NCBI GenBank assembly: GCA_964016885.1
Contig: OZ024740.1
Span: forward strand, 439,022,001-439,086,000
Origin: Eledone cirrhosa
Taxonomy: Eukaryota
Direction of reading: 5' to 3'
Length of the DNA: 64,000 nt
Part shown: positions 49,862 through 63,100 of the stretch, piece by piece
How the letters are laid out: every line of letters starts with the position of its first letter
Numbering within the stretch: the first letter of the stretch is position 1
Made by a program: the position numbers and the translations under genes
The notes under the pieces: generated by a model
What the model saw: the letters and a program-made list of their open reading frames with translations, nothing else
What the model was told of the DNA's origin: nothing
Database searches by the model: none

Positions 49862-49918
<57 letters not shown>
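47402..49918 (+). mobile_element. Family A copy A5, 5'-truncated, frameshifts near 49155 and 49280
   Basis: ORFs 47414-49171 and 49302-49760 match A1; 3' UTR and (AAT)n. Confidence 0.94.
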
Positions 49919-49921
<3 letters not shown>

Positions 49922-52900
49922 TGATCAGATCAAGCTGTTGGCACAAAGTCAGCGAAGGGAAAATGAAACATGTGTCAGTGAAAACGAGGTAAACTGTAAC
50001 ACTTCGAATCCCAGGGTTGGGGCGGAATCACTGGCAACAGAACAAATTAAAGAAAGGATCGAAAAAGTGGAGGGAGTGCATGCTCAGGATGAAACTCCAA
50101 ATGAAAATAATGAGATCGTAAATGATAAAGAAATGAATGAGAATGAACTTGCCAACTTGAGGGATGAAATTATGATCGAATGGATGAAAATGAAAGAATC
50201 TGACATGGGGGAACGAGACACCCTCCCTAAGATCCAGAACTCCAAACAGAACCAAAAGATAATACACAAGACTAACATAATTCTCAAAAACATTATCATC
50301 ACAAACAAAATAAACATTACTGACTTAAATCATCTCTATTATGCATCGGCTAAAGTCACCACTCACTTATGTGGAGTGAAGATGAAAAAACAAAGGAATT
50401 CCCACAAGAAATCTACTTGGCAAGATAACATCAATCGCCAAATAAACCTTCTCCGATCTGACATAGAAATTTTAACAAACTATAAAGTAGGTGAACATGT
50501 TAAACAAACTAAACTTAGAAAATTGAAAAAAAAGTACAGTATAAGATCAACATGTGACATAGACATGCTGATAGAAACAATCAAGCAAAAAGTGTCGGCC
50601 AAAGCTGCTCGTATAAGGCGCTTTGAAAAACGATCTAGATTCTATAAGGACAATAATATGTTCAAAAACAACCAAAGAAACTTCTACAGAAAAATTGGTA
50701 AGTCAACAATAACTGCTAAATCAATACCACCCAAGGAGGAAGTGCAAGAATTCTGGGAAAAGATCTGGGCCGAAGAAAAAGTTCATAACATACATGCCCC
50801 ATGGATAGACAGACAAATGAAAGAAACAGCTCACCTTGAAGAACAAACATGGGAAAATATAACAGTTGAACAGCTGCGCTTGGCTCTAAGAAAAACCAGC
50901 AAATGGAAATCCCCAGGAAAAGACAAAATACAAAACTTTTGGATAAATGCCTTCACAGAGTCTCATGAGCTGTTAGCCCAACTTTACAATGAAATAGTTA
51001 AGGAGCCAGAAAAGATACCATCATAGCTAGTTAACGGCATTACATTCCTGCTACCGAAGAATGATGAGACAAACAATCCCAAAAATTACAGACCGATAAC
51101 CTGCTTGACCACAATGTATAAAAATTTAACATCAGTCCTAACTGAATACACATATGACCACCTGATAACAAATGACCTATTTCCCATTGAGCAGAAAGGG
51201 TGTAAACGAGGCTCATATGGCTGTAAGGATCAGCTTCTGGTTAACAAAATGATACTGGAAGATTGTCATAAGAGACACAAAAATCTATCGATTGCTTGGA
51301 TAGATTATAAAAAAGCATTTGATAGTTTGCCACACAGTTGGATTGAAAAATGTTTAGAGATTTTCAAAATATCCCCCGTTGTCAGGAGGTTTTTGTCATT
51401 CAGTATGAGGACATGGAGAACGACACTACTTTTGAATAGTGAAACAAAATCACTGGAAGCTGGAGAAGTTAACATTAATTGTGGAATTTTTCAGGGTGAC
51501 TCTTTATCACCGCTTTTATTCTGCATCGCACTTATACCATTAAGTAAAATGCTCAATGAAACAAAACATGGATATAGAGTCTATGACAAAACCATTAATC
51601 ACCTGTTCTACATGGATGACCTGAAACTATTCGCAAAAAATGATGAACAATTGCAAGGGCTATTATCCACTGTGAAGCAGTTCAGTGATGACATTAAAAT
51701 GGAGTTTGGACTGGATAAATGCGCCAAAGCAACGTTCACCAGAGGAAAGCTGCTGAAGAGTTCAGACAGTAATCTTGATTGGGGGAACGTGATAAGAGAG
51801 CTTGATCAAGAACAAACTTACAAATATCTAGGTGTTTGTGAAGGAGACGGAATCAAGCACTCGACAATGAGGGAAAGGATAAGGAAGGAATGTTACCGCA
51901 GAGTCAGAGCAATCTTAAGAACGGAATTGAATGCAAGGAATAGGATCGATGCCATAAACACGCTTGCCATACCAGTAGTAACCTACAGTTACAATGTCAT
52001 CAACTGGTCAAGCACAGAGATCCGTAGGCTCGATACAAAAATCCGAAAATTCTTAACCATGCACAGAATGCATCACCCTAAGGCAGACATAGATAGAATA
52101 TATCTCCCTAGGAAAGAAGGAGGACGTGGGTTAATCCAGTTAGACATTGCGTTGAAAACTGCAACAATTGGATTATCCACATATCTAAGGGAATCACATG
52201 ATTGGATGATCAAACTCGTTTTGAAACACGAAAGCACCAAAAGATCATATTCCATTACAAAAGATGCACAAAGATACAGTAATGGACTACAAATTTCAGA
52301 AGTCCCATTTACTGCTGAAATGGAAAACACAGAAAAAGCAAAGCAGGTAAAAGTAACTGCAAAGAAAGAACTGCTACAGAAACTGGCTAAGAAATGGCAA
52401 GAAAAGCCTCTGTATGGAAAATACCTAGAGCGAGCTAACAATCCTGATGTTGACAAAACTTTAACCCATCAGTGGTTGGCATCCTCTGGACTGAAATCCG
52501 AGACTGAAGGACTGATTATATCCGCACAAGATCAGTGTCTGCCAACAAAAAATTACCAAGCCAACATAATAAAAAATGGGTGCAGCCCATTATGCCGTGT
52601 ATGCAAAAAACAACCAGAGACCATTGACCATATAATTTCAATGTGCAGTCCTATAGCTCCAACCGAATACCTAAACAGGCATGACAGAGCTGCACAATAC
52701 ATACATTGGATAATGTGTAAGCATTTTGACCTGCCCCATCAAAAGAATTGGTGGGAGCATCAACCACCTCCCATACTTGAAAAAGATCACATCTCAATCT
52801 TGTGGAACTTTAGCATCCAAACAGACCGAAAAATAGATGCAAATAGACCTGATATAATATTGAAGGACTTTCAAAGGAGGGTATGCCTGCTAATTGATAT

Positions 52901-53326
52901 GTCTGTTCCAATAGACAAGAATGTATCTATAAAAACATTTGAAAAATTGAGCAAGTATAAGGACCTGGAGATAGAAATTGGAAAAATGTGGAAATTGAGA
53001 ACTAAAACAATACCAGTGATTGTAGGCGCTCTGGGAATGATACCTAAGGGGTCTAACGACTACTTATCGCAAATCCCAGGAAACCCGCGTATAGGAGAAA
53101 TACAAAAAATAGTACTAATGGGAACTGCCCATATACTAAGGAAGATCCTGTCAATATAATTACATCACAAGTCTAAACACTAAGGATGCATGTGTGAATA
53201 TGTGTGTTCTTTCTTGAACATGGCGGACCTTGTTGTCTCTTGAGGTCACTGGTTGTGACTTGGTGATAACTCGTATAAACATAAAGCAAGATAAATGCAA
53301 ATAATAATAATAATAATAATAATAAT
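49919..53326 (+). mobile_element. Family B copy B5, 5'-truncated; one stop (51024-51026) in an otherwise continuous frame to 53159
   Basis: RT YMDD, CCHC and RLE motifs intact; 3' UTR and (AAT)n tail running into (TA)n. Confidence 0.94.
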
Positions 53327-53349
53327 ATATATATATATAATACCCCCCC

Positions 53350-53383
<34 letters not shown>

Positions 53384-53635
53384 AAATAAAATAAAATAAA
53401 TAAGTCAAATGTTTAAAATTTAGCTTCCTTGAAAAACTTGAAAGAGAAGAAATTTCCTGTTTAAAAAATATAATTTAAAAATGTCTTTTGAAAAAATTAG
53501 AAATCAACATCTAACGACTATAATTAAATGTTTTTATTACAAAATCCGCGAAGAATACTCTAGTAGCATATATATATATATATAGAATAAAGTAAAATAA
53601 ATAAGTCAAATGTTTAAAATTTACCTTCGTTTATT

Positions 53636-53690
53636 ACTGCTATATATATTTCAGTGACAGTCATCTTTGGCTGTGACCTCTTCAGGCAGT
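53636..53690 (-). ncRNA. Type I hammerhead ribozyme (family H3)
   Basis: Reverse complement of 40378-40432 with two stem II changes. Confidence 0.85.
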
Positions 53691-54989
53691 CCGTATTAGT
53701 GTGGTATAGACAAGTACATATGTTGTTGAGATGTATAACTTTGTCAATATTCTGATATGCCCAGCTCCTGGGTGGGTTGTTATTTCACTGAGGAACTGGA
53801 ATCATATGAATTCAAACAAACGAATTTCAGTGTCAAAGGGCCTCTTCTCCTCTCATTGGTCAGTTGTTAGAACATTCCTCATTCAAAAGTCTACAGAAAT
53901 TCGTTCTGAGGCAATTCAATCTGTAGTTGTTGTTCTTGTTATTGTTAGGTACATCTGACCTGTATTCTTGTGTTGGTAGTGTTGTTATTGTTGGAGTTAG
54001 CTAAAATAAATTGATAAAGTGGTAGAAGGAATAAGATGGTAAAGGAACAAATTTAAAAAAATGTCAAACTTCCCATTGGTCAGTTTTGAGAGCATTCCTC
54101 AGTCCAAAGTCTATAGAAATTCTTTCTGGGGTGAGGCTCCCTCTAGTGTTTGTGTTTGCTATTGTTAAGTACATCTGACCTCTACACTTATTTTGGTAGT
54201 GTTGATGGTGTTGTGGTCAGCTTATGTCTTGCTGCTGCTGACAATTTAGAAGTATCTGTATGTGTGTTTCTTCATCCCACCTGCCTCCATCTCCCGTGGT
54301 GGTGGTGTTGGCGGGGGGGGGGGGGTTCCATGTATATGAAGAAATATAAGGCAATAAAATGAAGAAAACAGAAAATAAATAATAAATAGAGAATAAAGAA
54401 TAAATTAAAAATTAATGAAAAAGTAATGAAAATGAATATGGAGAAGTGAAAAATAAAATGAAGATTCAAATAAAGAAAGATAAAGTGTGTGTGTGCTATA
54501 ACCAATCTCACGGTCAGAAATATGTTGGATAGATTGGTATGAAGAACAAGATGGTAAAAGAATAAGATAATCAAATAAAATGTGTTTGTGTTATAACCAA
54601 TCTCAACTTAAAAATAAATATAAGGTGTTAAAGTGAAGAGAACAGAAAACAAATAACAAATTAATAACGAGAAATCAAAATTGAAAAATTGAAAAATTGA
54701 AAAATCAAAAATCAAGTAAATTAAAATGTGTGTGTGTTATAAAGATGTTGGCCAAATTATAATGGTTGTGTCAGAATCAATCTCTATGCTATCATGGTGT
54801 CTGCTCAGCCTGGGTTGGGCCCTATGGCTTGAGGGGAGTTCTAAACCTAGGGTGTTGTTATTGCCCATATAGCTTGAGGGAGGTCTGGCCGAGAGGTGTC
54901 TACATGTTCTGGAGAAGTCCCTATAGCTTGAGGGGAGTTCACATCTTCTTGTGTTGCTACTGTCCATATATCTTGAGGAAGGTCCCGGC

Positions 54990-55400
54990 CCTGAGGTGTC
55001 TGCATGTCCCGAAGAAGTCGGTTCTGAGGTTTATCAGGCCGCTTCCACCTCTTAGTATCTCGATGGTCTCGTTCAGGTATAGTTTGCATATGCAAGATCC
55101 CCCTTTATCGGGTGGTACTTTCCTGATTATGTACCAGGCCAGAGAGTACGGGGTCCTGTCCAGCTTAAGCTTCCAGATCAGGTCGGAGAGAGCCGTGCTT
55201 TTCTTTTTGGCCTCCTTATTGAAGGAATGGCGATGGTTGTACCAGCGGGCCTTAAAGCTCGTTGATGTGGCTCCTATGTAGAGGTGTTCGGAGTTGGGGT
55301 TTTAACCCTACAACCGTATACTAGGTTCTTCTTAAGGCATTCATTACCAAGGGGGCATGATTCGGGGTTTCTGCAGTTGCAGAGGGTGGTCGATCTCGAT
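54990..55400 (-). pseudogene. GIY-YIG endonuclease domain of a Penelope-like element, frameshifted
   Basis: CNCRNPESCPLGNECLKKNLVY; then, in a shifted frame translated by hand, LYIGATSTSFKARWYNHRHSF..STALSDLIWKLK..W.II..CKLYLNE..LINLRTDFFGTCRH. Confidence 0.85.
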
Positions 55401-55977
55401 GTCACGTGATTGATTCTTTTGAATTTGCCACCGAACAAGAAGGCAGTGATATTTTCAGTGTCTTGGAATTTAGTCCCCGCTTGCTCTTTTCCATCCACTG
55501 AATTATTTTTGTATAAGTTCCCTGTGTCCGCGCATCACCAGGTATCTTAGCTGAGAATGACACTCTGATGAAGAAAAGATTTCTCCATATCTCCATTTGG
55601 AGACTATGTATATTCCCTTTCAGAAACTAATTAGATGAAGTGAAATTTAAGTAAGTAAGCTAATTACTATAATTTTCTTATTTTACGTTTTTCATATAAT
55701 TGTTCTGCATCCCCTTGCATTGAACCACAAAGTTACTAAGACAAAACCTATATATTTGCTTGCATAGGTATACATCTGTATATATATGTTGGTAGATATA
55801 CTAATTCTTTATATATATATATATATATATATATAGGTAGAAGGGGTATTTAATTTGTTGGAAATCCGACAAATATAAATATAAAGGTTTATAACTGATT
55901 TAGAGCACTCAACACTTTCCTGGAGTAAATATTCAATGATATTAAATAAATGGAAACTATATTTATAAAACCATATT

Positions 55978-56040
55978 TATTTTATTATATATATTTCAAG
56001 GGTACCAAAACACTTTGGTACGCTTTCTTCAGATAAAATA
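55978..56040 (-). ncRNA. Type I hammerhead ribozyme (family H5)
   Basis: Reverse complement of 57991-58053. Confidence 0.85.
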
Positions 56041-57990
56041 CAAAGTTTGTTTTATAAATAGAGACATACCCAGGAAAATCATACCTTATCAGTTGGATAT
56101 TCTCTGGATAGTGGAAATATATTAGGGATTTTTCAAACTTATGGGTGAATATGCAAAGGAATATGTAAATAATAGAAAAACAACCGTTTATTTAAACGAC
56201 TATGGAGAGAGAGAAGAGAAGAAGGACACAATATTGAGAAAGAAAGAGAGAGAAGAAGGAAAAAAGGGAAGATGAATAGAAAAAAATCATATAACGTTAA
56301 TTTGAGGGAAATATATTCGAACAATTATCTATGTATATATGTAAGTATATATCTTAATAGTATGTGTATTTATATTAAAGGGATATTTTACGATTATTAG
56401 TTGTTTAAAATTTGTTTATAATATAATATTTTTCTTCTGTTATAAGTAGATAAATAAATAAATAAATAAATAAATAAATAGGTATATCATGTTATAGATA
56501 GTTGTTATAATGAGTTAAGAGGGATATTGGTTTTGTATTTTATGTAAATAAATATGTATTTGAAATTGAGAATGATTTAAAATTAAATTAAATTAAATTA
56601 AATTAACTGTGTTAAGTAAGAATATTTATATTTATATGATTGAAAAGGGAAGATAAGGAAAAAAACTCCGGTTTTATTTATTTATTCGTTAGTGTGAGAC
56701 TATTTAACAAAGTAAGTATGGATGTTTAAGATATTTAGCCAGAATCAGTTAGTGGTTATTAATCTATTGAAAAAATATTGACAAAATATTGAAAACAATT
56801 TTTTAAACTTTGAAAAAAAAAAAAAACTTTGAAAAATTTTTTTGAGAAAACAAAAAAAAGAAATTTTATGAGGTAAGTAAATTTTAAAGAAATAAAAATT
56901 ATTAAAATTAAAATTTTAAAAATTAGAATTATATACGTATATATTATATGAACATTTTTAAGAAGTGGAAGTACAGCAAATGTTAGAGATATTATGATTT
57001 AGAGATATCAATATATTAAAACCAAATAGATGAGATTGTTATGGAAATTAATAGGAATATTATAAGTATAATATTATAATTATATATAGCTCTGAATGTT
57101 GAATTCTGGTGATGTCTACATAAAAAAAATTTTTTCTCAAAAATATTGAATTCTGGCGATGTCTACAAAAATTAAATTTTTTTTTTTAATTTTCTCAAAA
57201 ACGTTTTTCATTTTTTTTCTTCAAAATTTTAAAAAATGTTTTCAATATTTTTTCAATATTTTTTCAATAGATTAATAACCACTAACTGATTCTGGCTAAA
57301 TGTATCTTAAACATCCATACTTACTTTGACTAAATAGTGTCACACTAACGAATAAATAAATAAAAACGGAATTCTTTCCTTATCTTCCCTTTTCAATCAT
57401 ATAAATATAAATATTCTTACTTAACACAGTTAATTTAATTTAATTTAATTTAATTGTAAATCATTCTCAATTTTAAATACATATTTATTTACATAAAATA
57501 TAAAACCAATATCCCTCATAACTCATTAGAACAACAATCTATAACACGATATACCCATTTATTTATTTATTTATCTACTTATAATAGAAGAAACATATTA
57601 TATTATAAACAAATTTTAAACAACTAATAATCGTAAAATATCCCTTTAATATAAATACACACACTATTAAGATATATACTTACATATATACATAGATAAT
57701 TGTTCGAATATATTTCCCTCAAATTAACGTTATATGAGTTTTTTTTATTCATCTTCCCTTTTTTCCTTCTTCTCTCTCTTTCTCTCTCACTATTTTGTCA
57801 TTCTTCTCTTCTCTCTTCCCTCTCTCCATAGTCGTTTAAATAAACGGTTGTTTTTCAATTATTTACATATTCCTTTGCATATTCACCCATAAGTTTGAAA
57901 AATCCCTAATACATTTCCACTATCCAGAGAATATCCAACTGATAAGGTATGATTTTCCTGGGTATGTCTCTATTTATAAAACAAACTTTG

Positions 57991-58053
57991 TATTTTATCT
58001 GAAGAAAGCGTACCAAAGTGTTTTGGTACCCTTGAAATATATATAATAAAATA
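57991..58053 (+). ncRNA. Type I hammerhead ribozyme (family H5)
   Basis: tattttat-CTGAAGA-aagcgtaccaaa gtgt tttggtaccctt-GAAA-tatata-TA-ataaaata; 8 bp stem I, ~12 bp stem II, AATAAA overlapping the 3' strand. Confidence 0.88.
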
Positions 58054-58093
58054 AATATGGTTTTATAAATATAGTTTCCATTTATTTAATATC

Positions 58094-58237
<144 letters not shown>

Positions 58238-58689
58238 TATTCATGTATATATATAGTATCAACATAAAATGCATGCAGTTATATTAGACGAACGAACAGC
58301 TTCATCTTTACCTCGTCAACCACCTAGCTGACATGCAGTTTCGTGATTTAAAATGTCATTTTAATTATGACGTCACCTTGCGTAACAGATTCTATGAAAA
58401 GATTCGTGAACAAAAAAGTTATGCCGGGATATCAAGAAAAAATGATTATGAAAGCAAAGTTTCCTCGATCGGAAGAAGCTGTAAATTATGGATTCACAAT
58501 CAAGGAATTTTGTGGTTTACAGTGAGCAATAAAGATGATAATTTGTGGAATAAGATAGATTGAGAAAAAAAGTTAAATATATCAGTAGAAGAGTTGGCTG
58601 GATTATGATTTTGGTGTTTCCGTTTCATGAAAAAACACAACTTAAACATGTGAAAACTAAAACACGGCTGCTGTGAAGTTACTTGAAAA

Positions 58690-59090
58690 GCATAAAATAA
58701 AGTACCAATAATGCACTGGAATAATTGCTGGCCTTGTGCCAAAAGTAGAAACAATTATTACAGGCTAAAGTAGAAGTATCTGGAACATGTAAGATGTTTT
58801 ATGTGTTAAACTATGGAAAGGATATATATAGACTTAGATGCACGAAATCAAAATATAAAGGGGTGAGCAAAACCAGAAGGTTCTCTAAACAATTGGTGAG
58901 TTCTCACCTGTGTATCGGTGAATAATCCGAAATGTTTTTATCTGTATTTTCCCCTTGTAACATGTATTACATTTTCTTCGTTGTTATTTATTTGCTATGT
59001 ATTATTCGCCGAGGTTAAAATAATGTACCAGTAGTACACTGGGATAATTGCTGGACTTGTGCCAAAGTAGAAGTAGAAACAATTATTAAT
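58690..59090 (+). mobile_element. Two 3' fragments of the main SINE (58694-58760, ~59010-59088)
   Basis: aaaataaagtacca..atgcactgg.ataattgctggccttgtgccaaaagtagaaacaattatta, and a variant of it. Confidence 0.8.
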
Positions 59091-59195
59091 TTTACGGACA
59101 TTTTAAAATGTCTTCCCCAAATAACATCCTTCATCCTCTCCTTCGTTTATATATAACTTTGTCTTGTTTATTCGCACACAATTTATATGCATAGA

Positions 59196-59735
59196 TGAGG
59201 TGGCGAATTGGCAGTCGTTAGAACGTCGGATAGAATGGCAGAGTCGTTAGAACGGCAGATAGAATGGCAGAGTCGTTAGAACGTCGGATAGAATGGCAGA
59301 GTCGTTAGAACGTCGGATAGAATGGCAGAGTCGTTAGAACGGCAGATAGAATGGCAGAGTCGTTAGAACGTCGGATAGAATGGCAGAGTCGTTAGAACGG
59401 CAGATAGAATGGCAGAGTCGTTAGAACGTCGGATAGAATGGCAGAGTCGTTAGAACGTCGGATAGAATGGCAGAGTCGTTAGAACGGCAGATAGAATGGC
59501 AGAGTCGTTAGAACGTCGGATAGAATGGCAGAGTCGTTAGAACGGCAGATAGAATGGCAGAGTCGTTAGAACGGCAGATAGAATGGCAGAGTCGTTAGAA
59601 CGGCAGATAGAATATTTTGCAGCATTCGTTTCAACTCTCTGCTATCTGAGTTCAAATCCCGCGAAGATCAACTTTGCCTTTCATCCTTTCGAGGTCGTTA
59701 AAATAAATGAACCAGTCAAGTACTAGGGTGGATGT
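59196..59735 (+). mobile_element. SINE whose tRNA-like head is amplified into a tandem array
   Basis: ggtggcgaattggcag..., array, then gagttcaaatccc (B box) and tttgcctttcatcctttcgaggtcg core. Confidence 0.8.
59209..59612 (+). repeat. 14 x 29 bp tandem repeat tggcagagtcgttagaacg(tcg/gca)gatagaa
   Basis: Counted directly; two unit variants; first unit 2 nt shorter. Confidence 0.97.
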
Positions 59736-59970
59736 TTTCCTCTATATCTTTCTCATTTCCATTCTCTCATTCTTTATCCTTCTCTGGAAGAAATCTGTTG
59801 TATTCAGACTTGGAGATGAGATTGGCTCCACCGGGTTTTAAAAATGCCCTAGAAACGCTGTATGTCAATATGGCGCCCCTTGGACTCCTCGGCAGTAATG
59901 GAACCATGTATGTATATGCATAGACGAAACTGAATATAAATGCTCTCAGTGTCTAAATAATGAACAGTTA

Positions 59971-60137
59971 TTGGCAGAATCGGTAGAGCGTCGGACAATA
60001 CGCTTTGTAGCATGTAGTTACGGCCCATTACATTCTGAGTTCAAATCCCAGCTGCCTTTCATCCTTACGGTGTCGATAAAATAAAGTACCAGTGATGCAC
60101 TGGAATAATTGCTGGCCTTGTGCCAAAAGTTGAAACA
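59971..60137 (+). mobile_element. SINE of the main family; its (ATT)n tail is shared with the 3' end of A6
   Basis: ttggcagaatcggtagagc, gagttcaaatccc, core and tail as in 6025-6210. Confidence 0.85.
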
Positions 60138-60176
<39 letters not shown>

Positions 60177-63100
60177 TGAGTCACAGTCATTGATGTTAGT
60201 TAACTGGAAAGTTTGTTGAAATGTATATCAAGCCACTACCTGCAGCCTGAGATATTCAGGACGTAACGGAGAGTTCTTGCTGTTCCCAGCAAGCATGCCT
60301 TTTGAAGTGTTTCAAAAAGCGGGGCGGGGCCAATTTTATTTAACCATCCCTGGAAACTTTTTGAGATAGTACCTAGTGCGCCTATGACAATCGGGACCAC
60401 TTTGAATTCATGGCAGTTCCAAATCCTTTTTACCTCCCACTTTAAGTCCTGGTATCGGTTAATTTTCTCCCTCTCCTTCTCTTGCACTCTCGTGTCGAAT
60501 GGGAAGGCCACATCCACAATCAGGCACGATCTATTTTCCTTGTCCAAAACCACTAGGTCAGGTCTATTGTGTTCCAGTTTCTTGTCCGTCTGTATCCTAA
60601 AATCCCATAGCACCTTCACCTGATCGTTTTCTATCACAGACTCTGGCTTATGCTCATACCACTTCTCAGAATGTGGTAAATTGTTTACTTTGCACAGGTG
60701 CCAGTGGATCACCATGCCCATCACATCATATCTCCAGCCTTTATAGTGAGTCTGGGCTAGGTGTTTACACTCGGATACAATGTGAGCCACAGTCTCCCCT
60801 CTCTCTCCACAGATCCTGCACAGTGGGCTAGCCTCCTCCTTGTAAATATGGTGTTTCAGCCACTTCGTTTTGAGAGCCTGCTCTTGCGCAGCCATTAGCA
60901 TTCCCTTTGTAGCCTTTTAAAGGTCTCCTCTTCTCAACCAGTTCCATGTCTGTGGATCTCTGAATTCCGTTTTCTCAAAGAAGGTACTATGAAGGGATTT
61001 TTCATGAAGGTTACTCTTTCTCCTCGTTGTTATTTCCTCCTTAGACATCCCCTGGCCTATGTCCGCTCCTTCAGTACAGTTCTGAGCATTGGCGCCTTAC
61101 TATCGGTCACGTATTTGTGTAGGTTGTTTTTCTCCATCTGAACACAGTCCTCTATGCTGATAAGACCTCTTCCACCTTCAGATCTACTTAAGTAGAGTCT
61201 ATCGACATCACTCCTCTTGTGGAACATGTTGTAGATAGTCAATAGCTTCCTAGTCTTCCTATCCATTTCTTTTTGTTCAGCAACATTCCATTTCAGAATT
61301 CCAGCACTGTACCTAATAATAGACACAGTTCGGGAATTTACTGCACTTATGGCATTCCTACTGTTCAGATGTAACTTTAATACGCTCCTTATTCTCCGAA
61401 TGTAATCAGATCTTATCAATTCCTTCATTTTTTTGTTCTTGATGTCATCAGCCTCCAGAATACCCAAATAATTGTATCCTTCTTCAGTGTCAATTTCCTT
61501 TATCATCTCACCTGTTGGTACCTGGATTCCGCTGCTTCTGCTCAATTTACCCCCTCTTCATCACAAGGATTCCACACTTACTAATACCAAATTGCATACA
61601 TATATCATTGCTGAAAATACGGACAATGTCAACAAGCACAGCCAACTCCTTCTCACTCTCCCCGAAGAGCTTAAGATCGTCCATGAATAGGAGGTGATTG
61701 ATGGTAAGCTCTCCCTTTCCCAACTTGTATCCTGTTCTCACTTTTCGCAGTATAATGGTCAGGGGCATCAGGGCAAGGACAAACAACAGAGGGGACAGAC
61801 TATCTCCCTGGAAGATACCTGTCTTGATCTTCACGCCTCCCAAGGATTCTCCAGCTGATGTTAACTCTGTTTTCCAGGACTTCATACTTTTGCTCAATAA
61901 CTGTCTGATGTTATCTGCCACCTTGAAGATCTCTAGGCTTTTGGTGATCCAAGAATGAGGCACCATGTCAAATGCCTTTTTGTAGTCTATCCATCCCATG
62001 GCAAGACCAGTGTGTCTTTTCTTGCAATTCCTCATTACCATCTTATCAATAAGTAACTGGTCCTTTGTACCACGTGACTTCTTTCGGCATTCTTTCTGTT
62101 CGTCCTGTAACAAGTTGTTTGTGTGGAGGTGATGGTAGATTTCTCCAGACACAATGCTTGTCAACAGTTTCCACATTACGAACAGACATGTGATAGGTCT
62201 ATAGTTGGTAACATCATTACCCTTGATTCGTTCTTTCATTACCAGAACTGTGTTACCTTTTGTCAACCACTCTGGTACCTTACCTGACATCAAGCAGTCA
62301 TTGAACATGGTTGTCAGTTTCGGGTGGAGGGATGTTACATTTTTAATCCAATACCACTGGGCCTGGTGATTTCCAGTTGGTTAGTTTTTTGGCTTGCCCC
62401 TTGAGAGTTTCAACTGTGATACTCAAATCATATTGTTGGTGTGCCTGTTCACTAATCTCCTTTTATACTGTCTCAATCCACACTGCCTGGTCATTATGTT
62501 TAACATCCTGCTCCCATATTCCTCTCCAGAATGTCTTAGCCTCTTCCGCTCAAGGATCAAGTCGTTGCCTCTTTTTTTCCCTTCAAGCTGTCCAAACAAC
62601 ATCTTCTGGTTGTTGTCAAACATGCAGTTCTGTCTATACTGACTCTGCTCTCGTATCGCCTAATTGTTGCACTCTTTGCTACAATGAGTTGCTTCAGTTC
62701 CTCTATGATAATATTTAGCTTTTTCCTCCTAGTTTTGTACTTTATTTCCAGTCTATTTTTAGTGTCTATGCTTTTTAGTGTCCCATTCTGTAGGGACTCA
62801 AGCTTTCCAATGTCATTTCTCATTTCCCTGATTTGTCCATTCAGTCGTTTCTTCCACCAAGGTTCTGATCTTTCTTGTTTGTTGTTTCCTCTCACTTTTA
62901 TGCCAAGTAATTTCCTCACCGCATTTGCTGTTGCTTTTAGGATATTGTTGCACTGGTAAAGGCTCCTCGCCTCAAGGTATGGGATGACTTTGTTTACCTT
63001 AGCTGTTGTTTCTTTTAACTTTTTCCTGTCTACAAATCTCAGGTTCATAGGTTTCCCACTATCATTGTTCATTTCATCTACCACTAAGTTTAGGATATCA

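Larger units (their letters stand above)
53585..55410 (-). mobile_element. 5'-truncated Penelope-like element: GIY-YIG end, AT-rich 3' region, hammerhead-bearing pseudo-LTR
   Basis: GIY-YIG remnant, H3 hammerhead and AATAAA are all on the minus strand and in the expected order. Continuity of the AT-rich middle is inferred. Confidence 0.7.

Noticed and set aside
55560-55645. CTGATGA...GAAA-ctaattag hammerhead-like motif
   Set aside because: No proper UH triplet after stem III and stem II is poorly paired; at best a decayed ribozyme.
59209-59612. CRISPR-like regular 29 bp repeats
   Set aside because: No unique spacers, no cas genes, eukaryotic context; it is a tandem repeat of a SINE head.
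59971-60050. tRNA gene
   Set aside because: A and B boxes are present, but there is no cloverleaf or acceptor stem and it continues into SINE core and tail.
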